Below are positions 14,249 to 30,211 of a stretch of 64,000 nucleotides of DNA, one piece after another. The notes under the pieces are model-generated. The model did not search any database. It was not told where the DNA came from and was given only the letters and a program-made list of their open reading frames with translations. Both the position numbers and the translations under genes were made by a program. Position 1 is the first letter of the stretch, and every line of letters starts with the position of its first letter. This stretch comes from Octopus vulgaris (lineage: Eukaryota): NCBI GenBank assembly GCA_951406725.2, contig OX597819.1, positions 31,930,001 through 31,994,000 of the forward strand, read 5' to 3'.

Positions 14249-14699
14249 TGCGGGCACGGTTGTATGGTAAGAAGTTGTATGGTAAGAAGTTTGCTTCACG
14301 CCTGGAACCGAGTACATGCTTCAATGAAGCAAGGAGACTGGTCGGCCGGATAACCTGAACGTTGGGACTCAAAAAAAGAGTCTACAAAATGTGAAATATG
14401 TGACTTTTTGTGTAAGGTACGAGGTTTATAGCCTCATTGTGCTTAAAAAAAAAGAAAAAAAAAGAAAGAATTCTGAACATTGTATTTTTTATGTAAGAGG
14501 TTTATAGCCTCATTGTGTTTTCCGGGAAAAAGGAAAAAAGAACATTGTTTTAGAGAAGCGGATGTCGGCGGGCGCTTTTCATCTTCTCCCATCATCATCA
14601 TTTTTGCATCGTTATCATTCATCCCATTAATGTCCGTGTCCAGCCCGCAAAGCTTCTATCTGTGTGATGCCTTTGTAGCAAATTAAATGAAATAAAGAA

Positions 14700-17693
<2,994 letters not shown>

Positions 17694-17805
17694 CTGTGTG
17701 TGTTCATGCATGATCACGCGCGAGCACACACACTCACACACATATACTCTTTTATTCTTTTATGTTCGATCCTTCTTTCTTTCGCGGGTAAAATGTACAG
17801 AGCTT

Positions 17806-18214
17806 GGATCTTTTCGGTTTGAACGGCAGTTTTTTAAGATAATTTCCACGTAACTAAACACTTTTAAACTTCGTATACTGATAGAATGTATTTATAAAAC
17901 ATATTTTTCTCTTGAGTTTATTGAGAAAATTCTATAGTTTGTAAGATATTTGTTGTTTTTTTTCTTCAATTTCTGCAATTTTAACCAATCAATGACGTCC
18001 ATTGAGGTAAAAAACATTCTGTGCCGTATCAATATGTCCCTCGTTTAAGAAACAGATTGGGTTTATTTACATTTGTGAAGAAAAAAAGATACCCTTCCCC
18101 CCACCTCTAACCCTAACCCTAAAACATTGAAATGCAATAGATCGATAATCGGGTCATAATTATGGGTGACAATTTCACCGCTAGAAAAAACTGCCGTTCA
18201 AACCGAAAAGATCC
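17806..18214. mobile_element. MITE with about 29-bp TIRs and 8-bp TSD
   Basis: TIR GGATCTTTTCGGTTTGAACGGCAGTTTTT; TSD cagagctt/cggagctt; internal ctaaccctaaccctaa. Confidence 0.9.
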
Positions 18215-18541
18215 CGGAGCTTAAATAAACAATTACTGGTTACATCATATATTGAATACACTGTTCGCCTTTCGTTATCAAACAGTAGAAGTTGATTGTT
18301 TATAATGTGTATGGGTACGTATGCGTACGTGAGTTTGTGTATGTTTGTATTTATCTATGGTAATGTATATGAATGATATGCACATTGAAATGTGTATATA
18401 TTGCTTGATAGGGCGTTATCAAATATTTATGTTAAATATCTGTAATTATAAACACAAAGCAAAACGAGGAAATTACTAATTTTTCTTCCGTTTTATATGT
18501 CTCTTAAAAAATATTTAGTAAGTTTAAAACACTACCCCCTT

Positions 18542-18645
<104 letters not shown>

Positions 18646-18933
18646 TCACGTGGAGAGATGTCAATGCACAATCTCATACGGACGGATGTGCGCCCACACT
18701 CAGCTGGCCACTTAAAATCGTTCATTTATATTTATATATCAGCATAGCTATACTCACATACATATATGCAGATACATACATACATACATACATACATACA
18801 TACATACATACATACACACACATACATACATACATACATACATACACACATACATACATACATACATAATACATACATACATACATACATACATATGTAC
18901 GTATGTACGTACATTTATGTACGAATGCTTGTG

Positions 18934-18964
<31 letters not shown>

Positions 18965-19433
18965 TCATATATATACATATATTGTATCTCTCTTTCTCAC
19001 TCGCCATGTATGTATGTATTTATGTAAACACACGCACATATACACACACAGAGACACACACATACATACATATACATACAAGAATACATAAATACCTACA
19101 TATCCATATACGGAGGCGGATACACATATCTATAATTGTATATGTACGTATAAATAATTACATACAATTATATATGTACATAGTTTTTTTTTTTAATCGG
19201 TATAACTCTGCAATCTAAAAATATAACAGGAAGTTGGCAGTGTTTTGTAATAAACATTAGAAGTAGAATGACAAAATGGGATTTTCTTAGAACCGTTAGT
19301 CTAGCCTCACACGTGACAGGTCAGAAGTGACAAGGAGGCTATTTTATCGGCGCAGCCCATTATGTGAATGCGTCGGCAGACTTCCTAACAACCTATATTT
19401 CATCTACGACATTGTTTATTAAGCGTTTTCATT

Positions 19434-19475
<42 letters not shown>

Positions 19476-19559
19476 TTCTCTCTTTCTCCCCCCTCTCTCT
19501 CTTTCTCACACACATATACACTCCAGCGTGTTTGCACAAATGCGCAAATATTTGTGTAT

Positions 19560-19970
19560 ACTCTTTTACTCTTTTACTCGTTTCAGTTATGTGACTGCGG
19601 GCATGCTGGAGCATCGCCTTTAGTCGAGCAAATCGACCCCAGGACTTATTCTTTGTAAGCCTAGTACCTATTCTATCGGTCTCTTTTGCCGAACCGCTAA
19701 GTTAAGGGGACGTAAACACGCCAGCATCGGTTGTCAAGCGATGTTGGGGGGACAAACATAGACACACAAACATATACACACACATACATAGATATATACA
19801 TATATATGATGGGCTTCTTTCAGTTTCCGTCTACCAAATCCACTTACAAGGCTTTGGTCGGCCCGAGACGATAGTATAAGACATTTGCCCAAGGTATGAA
19901 GCAGTGGGACTGAACCCGAAACCATGCGGTTGGTAAGCAAGCTACTTACCACACAGCCACTCCTACGCCT
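19560..19970 (-). mobile_element. SINE-A, full length
   Basis: Complete head and tail. Confidence 0.9.
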
Positions 19971-19989
19971 ATGTTTATATTTCTCGTTT

Positions 19990-20398
19990 ATTCTTTTATT
20001 CATTTATTTGTTTCAGTCATTTGATTGCGGCCATGATGGAGCAGCACCTTTAAGGGGTTTTTTTAGTCGAAGAAATCGGCGCCAGGACTTATTCTTTCTA
20101 AGTCTAGTACTTATTCTATCGGTCCCATTGCCGAACCGCTAGGTTACGAGGACAAACACACACCAGCATCGCTTGTCAAGCGATAGCGGGGTGGGGGTGG
20201 ACAAAGACGCACGCACACATAAATGCATGCACACGCGCGCACACACACATACGACAGGCTTCTTTCAGTTTCTGTCTATCAAATCCACACACACAAGGCT
20301 TTGGTCGGCCCGGTTCTACAGAAGAAAATACTTGGAACTGAATCCAGAATCTTGTGGTTGGGAAACAAGCTTCTCACCACACAGCCTCGACCGCTCCT
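19990..20398 (-). mobile_element. SINE-A, diverged
   Basis: Head and tail motifs with indels. Confidence 0.8.
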
Positions 20399-20444
20399 AT
20401 GTATATATGATACATGTAAAACTCCAACTTAATGTGTTTAGCGT

Positions 20445-20518
<74 letters not shown>

Positions 20519-20570
20519 CACCTGTCTTCGTCTTGTTTTTGTTTGTGAATTCTCCCTATATATATATATA

Positions 20571-20890
20571 TCCTTAAATCCTTAAATCCTTAAAAATGTT
20601 TTAGCCCGAAGGCCGCGGCCATGCTGGGGCACCACCGCTGAATGAGCTACACTTATTTGTGAATCCACCTCTGATACGTGGCACTTGATCTACAAGGGAG
20701 TTCGATGCTGCTGCCCGCATCCGCGTCTCCTGTCGTGAGGTAGGTTCATCTGGGACTCCCGACAAGAAGAGATCCAGTTTAGTTTTAAAAAAACCCACAT
20801 CCACACCATGTAAGTCTTTCAGGCATTTAGGGAGGATGTTAAAGAGCTGTGGTCTTCTGAAACCCAAGCTGTTGCAGTATCTGGACCTGT
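20571..20890 (-). mobile_element. CR1-like LINE 3' end
   Basis: RSRYCNSLGFRRPQLFNILPK..FKTKLDLFLSGVPDEP..AASNSL, then stem-loop and (TTTAAGGA)n tail; homologous to 17355-17657. Confidence 0.85.
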
Positions 20891-20920
20891 ATTTTTATAT
20901 ATGTATTTTATATATATATA

Positions 20921-21145
20921 CTTTATTTAAAAGCAGCAGAAATTTAACAAAAGGTGTTACTCGGAGTTTCACGTTCCCGTTCGTCGGACAGTTTTATTAA
21001 AATAGAACCGAGATGACAAACGTGAAACTCCGAGTAACAGCTTTTGCTAAATTTCTGCTGCTTTTAAATAAAGCATATTACTCTACCTCTGGTATTTGAG
21101 TACTCTTTTTTCCACCTTGTTTCACATTTATGTGTTTACTCCGGT
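20921..21145. mobile_element. PLE-type inverted terminal repeat pair
   Basis: 55-bp inverted arms 20921-20975 and 21019-21073 containing a hammerhead motif. Confidence 0.6.
20953..20995 (-). ncRNA. Minimal type I hammerhead-like motif, CCGACGA core
   Basis: AAAACTGT CCGACGA ACG ggaa CGT GAAAC TCCGA GTA ACAC; the partner arm reads GTA ACAG, pairing with CTGT. Confidence 0.6.
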
Positions 21146-21151
21146 ATATAT

Positions 21152-21183
<32 letters not shown>

Positions 21184-21194
<11 letters not shown>

Positions 21195-21523
21195 GAGGGC
21201 ATTATACATACATGCCAGAAGGCATTATACATACATGCCAAACGCTAAGAGGGACAATTAGTCATTTCTACCAAAATATTACTAATCCCACCGAATGCAA
21301 TTTTTCAAAGTAAGACATTTAAAAAAATATAGACCTGTATCACAGTGATTTCATACTTACGTACTCATACAGGTCTATATTTTTTTAAATGTCTTACTTT
21401 GAAAAATTGCATTCGGTGGGATTAGTAATATTTTTGGTAGAAATGACTAATTGTCCCTCTTAGCGTTTGGCATGTATGTATAATGCCTCTGGCATGTATG
21501 TATAATGCCCTCTATATATAAAT
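21184..21523. repeat. Near-perfect 157-bp-arm palindrome with hammerhead-derived hinge
   Basis: Arms 21184-21340 and 21367-21523; 26-bp spacer; two 1-bp indels. Confidence 0.95.
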
Positions 21524-21639
21524 TAATATGTTCAATAAGAAATAATTATTTTCGAAATTTTTTCTCTTATGAGGTTTTTACGCTATCTACCTGACAATTT
21601 CTTGTTAAGTTTTCCTTATTAAGTAGTTGTCCTTAATTG

Positions 21640-21793
<154 letters not shown>

Positions 21794-22004
21794 ATATTTC
21801 GAGATGGCCATTTATTTCTTTTTTTTGCGAAATAAACACACGCACTATATATTCCTTCTTCACTTGTTTATTATTGTTCTTATGTCCATTGTCTGGAAAT
21901 CTTTTGACGCACATCTGTGACCTCTTCAGCGACCCTTTCCATCCATGTGTATCCTCCTGTTCCGCCTAGTCCATTCTGTCTTTCTATCTGAAAGAGTTCA
22001 ATAT

Positions 22005-22250
22005 TTGGCGGCACATTTTGTCCTTGAGCAAGGCACTTTGTTTCACATTGCCTCAGTTCCCCCAGCTGGCAGAACTGAGTAGCACCTGTATTTCAAAGGA
22101 CCAGCCTTGTCACACTCTGTGTCACGCTCAATATCACGTTACGAAACGCGTATCTTCGGAATTCTCAGTGACGTTAATTTCACGAGCAGTCTGTTCTGTA
22201 GATCGGATCAACTGCAACCCTCGTCGTCGTAACCGACGGAGTGTCAGTTG
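22005..22250 (+). mobile_element. SINE-D (CORE-like centre, tail T1), headless
   Basis: gtccttgagcaaggcactt core; tail acctgtatttcaaagg...cgtaaccgacggagtg shared with 61075-61185 and 59775-59880. Confidence 0.7.
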
Positions 22251-22254
22251 TGTG

Positions 22255-22286
<32 letters not shown>

Positions 22287-22360
22287 TGTATGTATGTATG
22301 TATGTATGTATGTATGTATGTATGTTTGTATGTATGTATGTATATATATATATATGCATG

Positions 22361-22420
<60 letters not shown>

Positions 22421-22424
<4 letters not shown>

Positions 22425-22702
22425 CAAAATACGCAACAAGAATATCTTCGGTAATTTGGTACGATCGTTTCACTCAACATCATTTTATTAAACATTGTAA
22501 GTGTTACAACAGTTTTAAAATGTTGAGCAATCATCAGCCATTTATAGAGCTTTTCCATCAATACATATACCAAATTACCGAAGATATTCTTGTTGCTTAT
22601 TTTGATCATAATCACCCTATGGATTTATATGGATAACACCATACAAAATTCTGGTGCATCTAGCTTAAGTACCATATTCATTTGAATCTAAATTTTGCTG
22701 AA

Positions 22703-22705
<3 letters not shown>
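22421..22705. mobile_element. PLE-type inverted terminal repeat pair
   Basis: Inverted arms 22423-22461 and 22568-22606 flanking a hammerhead. Confidence 0.65.
22457..22540 (-). ncRNA. Type I hammerhead ribozyme, canonical core
   Basis: TGG CTGATGA [tt gctcaacat...atgttgagt] GAAAC GATC GTA CCA; palindromic stem III ACGATCGT, GUA cleavage triplet. Confidence 0.75.
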
Positions 22706-22748
<43 letters not shown>

Positions 22749-23041
22749 TTCAGTAATGTACATTTTCAGCTATGTTAACACCACTTGTTCTGTAAGCAGA
22801 GACAATTGATGATTTCCGTCACTTAAAGAATTTTCAAACAAAACGAGTTTTATTTTCTGCTTTTAATGCTTTCTCGGTTACTCTTTTCTCTTTTCAATCT
22901 CTGTTACTGTTTCTTTATGTTAGTTTTATCCTTTTCTTCTTGTCATTCTTTTTTACTTACTTTGTTTGTTTGTTTGTTTCTTTTTTTCTTTCTTCCTTTT
23001 TCTTTGACTGTATATGTTTATAAAAATATATGGATATACGT

Positions 23042-23076
<35 letters not shown>

Positions 23077-23214
23077 TATATAAGTTTGGCAGAAGTTACA
23101 GTGTTTCATGGAGCGATTTTCCGTGCATTCACACTTATCATCAGACAGGTGCTAATGCAGGGACCCTCAGCCATTGTGTTACTCGGAAACTTCTGTCGGC
23201 CTATGACAAGGAAA

Positions 23215-23630
23215 AGGTATTGGTTATGACAGTCAGATCTTTTGATTTGTTTGTCATAACACGTGCAGGCGCATATATCAAGCATTTCCTTGCCTCCCTC
23301 GAATTTCTTATCAAAACTATCGCCTCCTTGCTCGATAGATATTCTGTTTAATTTACAAACAGATTCAATCAATCTCTCAATTTTTATAGCTATTCCTTCA
23401 AACCCAATATAAGGAAAAGAAAATTTGTCCCAGATTTTTTGCACATCTGCAGCAACAATCCAGTAGCAATCTTTCGCTGTGGGTGAAGATTTTGATATCG
23501 GTTCTTCACGTTTTCTTATGTATAAATAATGTCGGAATACATCAGCCTTTGATGAGGGTCATTGCTGTAGGAAATTCTGCAAGAAATCCAAATGCTAAAT
23601 TACGTCTTTTGCTTCTAGTTGCCATTGTAT
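23215..23630 (-). mobile_element. Degraded DNA-transposase N-terminus (hATm-like)
   Basis: MATRSK...SSKADVFRHYL...VAADVQKIWDKFSFP...IKIERL...LDICACTC; family assignment from memory. Confidence 0.45.
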
Positions 23631-24123
23631 AATTTTATATACTTAAATTATTACAGTTTAAAATTATGTAGGCATTTTTGTAAAATTATAATACTCTGAA
23701 ATAATTTGAAAAAACAAAAGAAAATCATTTAACAAATATATACACTTTCTAAAAAAAAATTCATTTAACACATATAGGAAAGTTGTAATTTTACCATGTT
23801 GGAGTGGTACCTACCTACTAATTGTCTTATATTTCGATGTTTTTGCCATCTTTACACACCTGATGTTTTAAACAAGGTTTATACAGTGAAATATGATCAA
23901 ATGTTTCATATCCATATGCAATTTAGTAGATATATATCAGAGATTATATGATTATATAGAAAATCAGGGTATTTAATTGTGTGTGTGTTTGTTGGGGTTA
24001 TGCGAGGGGTAAGGGATAGGATCACATAACCATAATTTTCATATATTATATTTAAAATACTATTTGAAATTCTGTGCATATCGTGGAATTAAGGTTCCTT
24101 AAAAACGGTTGCGTTTCTAACCC

Positions 24124-24485
24124 CAGGAGTAGTTGTGTGGTAAGTAGCTTACTTACCAACAACATGGTTCCGGGTTCAGTCCCACAGCGTGGTACCTTGG
24201 GCATCTTCTACTATAGCCTTGAGTCGACCAAAGCCTTGTGAGTGGATTTGGCAGACGGAAACTGAAAGAAGCCCGTCGCGTATATATAAAGTGTGTGTGT
24301 GTCTATGCTTGTCCACCCCACCATCGCTTGGCAACCAATGTTGCTGTGTTTACGTCCCCGTAACTTAGTTGTTAGAATAAGTACTAAGCTTACAAAGAAT
24401 AAGTCCTGAGGTCCATTTGTTCGACTAAACGTGGTGCTCCGGCATGGTCGCAGTCAAATGACTGAAACAAATAAAAGAATAATAA
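24124..24485 (+). mobile_element. SINE-A
   Basis: Head, short microsatellite, tail. Confidence 0.85.
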
Positions 24486-24540
24486 AATAATTACACACAC
24501 ATATACATATGTATGTATCAATGGTTGCTTTTATGTTATA

Positions 24541-25420
24541 AAACTTTTTAATTTGAAGACCATCTCCACACCATATACAATTAAGTGGAGAATCTTGGCG
24601 AAATCATGTTAATGGATCTAAGAAATGCACATTATGCGTAGCAGAAAGATCTCATATTCTTCTTAGATCGAGCATTTATAATACACTGCTTAATTACAGA
24701 TCTGAAATTTTTAGCAAGTGTAAGCACATAGGCAAGTTTCTTTTATCGATTTGGAGGAGACCACCGGCTCCGGACTGAGATGCTGTCTTGAAGACCATGA
24801 CATATTTTCTCTTACTTTGTTCTATACCAGCTGTACTTATAGGGTTTCGGCAATCATGGAGGACGGGGACCTTCGTTTTCTTGAATTCGTTTCCTCCCGT
24901 TCCATTTTTTGCATCAATTCTTCAATCCCTCTACCCCTACCTCTCTTCTCTCCTTCCACGTGACTGGTGTTCGGCTAAGCCAGACCTTTCTTTTTTTGTA
25001 TCAACTGCCATCCGTGTAGCATCTCATATTCCTTCCCATGACTTTCACCTCTTATATGCCTGCCATAAGGCTTCACTTCCACACACACCAACTCAATTTA
25101 ATTCGTCCTTAGTCGAAAGACACTTGTTGTTAATGTCCTGTTGTTTGTATGAGTAATTGTGTACCATTTTCGTTTTTTTCGTCCTTGTTTTCATATACTT
25201 TCGCTTGTGTTCTACCAAAGAATCTAGTGCTCTTAGCTTAGATTTCCTTGGGGCCGGTCAGATTAGAGCAGTCTCGCGAGTAACCGGTCGAAGCTGCAAA
25301 GACGATCTGGTACTTGACTGAAGATTGAAAGCTCCGCATGATCCGTCTTTGATTTTTATTGTCTCTTTTTGTATCATCTAACTTCCGAATATTTTGTTAC
25401 GTTCTTGTTCCATTATTTTG
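24541..25420 (+). mobile_element. Penelope-like element 3' part (GIY-YIG C-terminus, Naiad-like) plus 3' UTR/terminal repeat
   Basis: YTIKWRILAKS / NGSKKCTLCVAERSHILL...LLNYRSEIFSKCKHIGKFLL...PPAPD*. Confidence 0.75.
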
Positions 25421-25435
25421 TTTTGTTTATATATA

Positions 25436-26292
25436 GCTGTGAGGTATAAAGCTTGCTTCCCAACCACATGGTTCCAGGTTCAGTCCCACTGCATGGCATC
25501 TTTAGCAAATATCTTCTACTATAGCCTCGGGTCGACCAAAGCCTTGTGAGTGGATTTGGCTGACAGAAACTGAAAGAAGTCTGTCGTATATACACACTAG
25601 CAGTATCGCCCGGCGTTGCTCAGGTTTGTAAGGGAAATAACTATAAAGCATTTTTAGAGAGTTATAGCCAAAAAATAGCAAAAACATGGAAAAAAATGAT
25701 GGTAAATTTTTTTGAGAGTTAAAAAAGTTGGAGTTGCGTCCCCTAGACAGTTTTTGGTTTGTGTTTCTGATTCTCGACCCCATGTCGAATTTATCGATTA
25801 TTTTCAGAACTGGGGGAACTTTTCAAAATTTTCGCTGCGTTAGTTTTGAATTATGACATTGGGCTATGTGTGTGTCAAGTTTCATTAGAATCGGTTGAAA
25901 GCCGTGGTGAGGGTGAGGGTACAAGCAAACAGACACACAGAAACACGCACAGACAAACTGCCGTTTATATAGAGAGAGATACATATATATACATACATAT
26001 ATAATATACATATATATGTATATACACATACATATATATACATACATATATAATATATATATATATATATATGTGTATGTATGTATGTATTTATGTGTCT
26101 ATTTTTGTCCTCCCACCATCGCTTGACAACCGATGTTGGTGTGTTTACGTCCCCGTAACTTAGCGGTTCGGCAAGTGTCCGACAGAATAAGTACTAGGCT
26201 TACAAAACGATAACTCGTTGGTGTCGTTTTGTTCGACTAGAGGCCGTGCTGCAGCATGGCCGCAGTCAAATGACTGAAACGAGTAAAAGAAT
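25436..26292 (+). mobile_element. SINE-A split by a Helitron
   Basis: Head 25436-25590, tail 26095-26292. Confidence 0.85.
25597..25979 (-). mobile_element. Non-autonomous Helitron
   Basis: 5' TCTCTCTCTATATAAACGGC; 3' hairpin cctgagcaacgccggg plus CTAG; inserted between A and T, no TSD. Confidence 0.85.
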
Positions 26293-26317
26293 ATATGCAT
26301 CCATGTTTGCATGTATA

Positions 26318-26360
<43 letters not shown>

Positions 26361-26779
26361 GTGTGTATGTATATATATATATATATGCACACACACATAT
26401 GTGTGTATGTATATATGTTTATATATGCGCGTGTGTGTGTGTATGCATGCATGTATGTATAAACCTACATTCATTGCATGTATATATATAGTCAGGTAGA
26501 AATACTAATGTTGACCTAATTTATTTTCTTTGCAGGAAATTCTCCAGAACCTTGACGTCACTATACAAATATTTGCTGTTTGTTTCACCGAATTTTATGT
26601 ATTTGTTTATAATTTTTTGTGTATATTTTATTGTTTTGTTGCTATTTCATTCACTGAACTACGTGATCATAATCAGCAAATTGAGATTACCCAGGCGCCA
26701 CGATCTCTTTTTATTGTATACTATGCCTGAGATAGATACAGTGGAAGCCGCATATTATTATCATAATAACCAAAGCGGC

Positions 26780-27578
<799 letters not shown>

Positions 27579-27579
<1 letters not shown>

Positions 27580-28080
27580 GAGTGAGAGAGCAGTTCATGC
27601 CATCAAAGTGACACTGGGGTACAAATATACGAAGCCCAATATACCCATCATGACTACACGTCTGATAAGGGTACACCAGGCACATGCATCACAACCATAT
27701 GTGCGCGACATGGTGATCTCATATCAAGATAAACAGCACATGACCTTGCAGGTGGGGCCCAGTTAGAATTTTCTTCAGGTTGAGTAGCCCATCCCGCTCA
27801 AGCGGTCCCTGAATAAGGGTTGTTTAAGGATGTTGAAAGAACCACCCATGTTTCCAGAGGTGAATTATTCAAACCCCAAAGAATCCCTCTCAACACATGG
27901 CTATGATGCTCCCCCACTACTTCTGCTCGTGATCAGAGATGCACATATCGTCAGCCACTAAGGGACATGCTCAACTGGTTAAGGTCAAACAACTGACTAG
28001 CAAATCTATGGTATTGAGCAGAATATTTGCTGTAGCCCATCTTTTATACCAAGACAAAACAATGTACATGATAACACTTC
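27579..28080. mobile_element. Interspersed repeat (probable LINE 3' UTR) embedded in (TTA)n
   Basis: Flanked on both sides by (ATT)n; internal part recurs twice at 33800-34170. Confidence 0.6.
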
Positions 28081-28109
28081 ATTATTATTATTATTATTAT
28101 TAGTATTGA

Positions 28110-28300
28110 AGGTGGTGAGTTGGCATAATTGTTAGCGTGCTGGGCGAAATACTTAGCGGTATTTCGTCAATCTTCGTGTTCTGAGTTCAAATTCCGCCGA
28201 GGTCGGCTTTGCCCTTCATTGCTTCATAAGGACCAGTTAAGTACTCAGGTCGATGTAATCGAATTTCCTGGCCTTGTGCTAGAATTTGAAATCAATATTA
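28110..28300 (+). mobile_element. SINE-B2, diverged
   Basis: Head follows (TTA)n; gttcaaattccgccgaggtcg. Confidence 0.75.
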
Positions 28301-28858
28301 TCAGACAATTTTCTTGCAATTTAAGAAACTCTATCCCAAAGTGATGACAATAAACGGCCCCGGATACGGCTTAATGTAATAATGTTAACTAACGGATATT
28401 GTTATCAAAATTATCTAAAGACCCTCACGAATATTGCTGTATCATCTGCATTATGTTATCATCAGATTTTTTTTTTGTTTTTAAATCTAAGAATCTCTGT
28501 TCCAATTTGATTAGAATGATTAAAAGTGGAGGCTGTTTGTTGTGATTACTTTTCGGTGAAGCTTTTTTTTGTTTTACAAAAGTAGGCTGATAAGAATAAC
28601 CGGTAGATAATAGTGCCAGGACTGACTGACAATATTAAATAAATAAAGAGTTTGCGACCCAGAAAGTTAGGTAGCAACACCCACTTGATAATGATTTTCG
28701 TGATTATTATAAACGATTTCCTATCCTCCCGTATATGCAAATGTGTGTGTGTGTGCGTGTGTATGTGTGTGTGTGTGTGCATCTCCCTCTCTCTTTCTAT
28801 CTATTTATACGCACATCGGGACCACTATCCGGCTGTACTCGAGTTATCACGTAACGTA

Positions 28859-29070
28859 AAGGCGTCATGCTGATAGAATCGTTACTGCAAAAATGCATGG
28901 CGGCATTTCGTCCGTCTTCACGTTCTGAATTCAAATTCCGCCGAGAACCATTTTGCCTTCCATCCTTTTGGGGTCGAAAAAATAAATACCAGTTGTGTCC
29001 TGGGATCAATGTAATCGACTACCGACTCTTCCAAATTTCAGGTCTTTTGCCTATAGGAGGAAGGTTTATT
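28859..29070 (+). mobile_element. SINE-B2, diverged
   Basis: Head, Meta-like core, B2 tail. Confidence 0.75.
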
Positions 29071-29137
29071 ACGTAACATGAATATAGTTGCATAAATTCA
29101 TTATATATTTTTTTTAAGTTGATTTAAAAAAAATATT

Positions 29138-29550
29138 AGGAGTGGCTGTGTGGTAAGTAGCTTGCTTACGAACCACATGGTTCCGGGTTCAGTCCCACTG
29201 CGTGGCACCTTGGGTAAGTGTCTTCTACTATAGCCTCGGGCCGACCAAAGCTTTGTGAGTGGATTTGGTAGACGGAAACTGAAAGAAGCCCGTCGTATAT
29301 ATATGTATATATATATATATATGTATGTGCGTGTTTGTGTGTCTGTGTTTGTCCCCCCAACATCGCTTGACAACCGATGCTGGTGTGTTTACGTCCCCGT
29401 AACTTAGCGGTTCGGCAAAAAGAGACCGATAAAATAAGTACTGGGCTTGCAAAGAATGAGTCCTGGGGTCGATTTGATCGACTAAAGGTGGTGTTCCAGC
29501 ATGGCCACAGTCACATGAGTGAAACAAGTAAAAGAGTAAAAGAGTAAAGA
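29138..29550 (+). mobile_element. SINE-A, full length
   Basis: Complete head and tail. Confidence 0.9.
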
Positions 29551-29744
29551 ATCTTCAGTTTATTCAGGAAAGTAGAGTGACAAACTTGTTCAGCCAAACA
29601 ACTTAAATGTCCCAAATAAACTGCATAAGAATATGCTAAACTATATACATGAACACACACACACACACACACACAAATACATATATATATAAATTGATCC
29701 GGACCTTTTCTCGAAGGTCAGCAATGGTGGCGAAAGCTGATGTT

Positions 29745-29970
29745 ACGTAATTTGCAGATGTAGAAAAGGTGGAGCAAAGAACGACGGAAGCGTTAAAAGG
29801 AATTACTTTGTAAGAGTTCCAGCACTGCTTCGAATAGTGGAAAAGGCGTCTGAACAGAATGCATTGCTTCAAATAGAGAATCCTTTGAAGGCGATAAAAG
29901 TGTAAACATGTAAAACTAAATGAATAAAATAATATTGCAAATTCCAGTTTCTTTTGGATACATCCTCATA
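29745..29970 (+). mobile_element. Mariner 3' remnant
   Basis: FADVEKVEQRTTEALKGITL*EFQHCFE*WKRRL..CIASNRESFEGD; TIR-like end followed by TA. Confidence 0.75.
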
Positions 29971-29984
29971 TATATATATATATA

Positions 29985-30211
29985 TCAACATGATCACCGT
30001 GACCGACTAGGCTATCAGATGTTGCTGCACATCACTGGTCACAATGCGCTTCGCATTGTTTTAGCCTTCAAATGACGCAACCCCGCTGGCTAAGCGAGCA
30101 GGCCAACAGAAGAAAGAGTGAGAGAAAGTTGTGGCGAAAGAGTGCAGCAGGGATCGCCATTCCACCCTCTGCCGGACCCTTGTGGAGCTTTAGGTGTTTT
30201 CGCTCAATAAA
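29985..30211 (-). mobile_element. SINE-C (tail T3), headless
   Basis: Shares ttattgagcgaaaacacctaaagctc...ctctttcgccacaactttctctcactctttc with 57066 and 60871. Confidence 0.8.

Noticed and set aside
18105-18122. CCCTAA repeats as a telomere remnant
   Set aside because: Only 2-3 units and internal to a MITE present twice
26521-26760. Strong splice-acceptor-like ttattttctttgcag followed by open frames
   Set aside because: No recognisable protein and no clear donor; cannot be supported without RNA-seq
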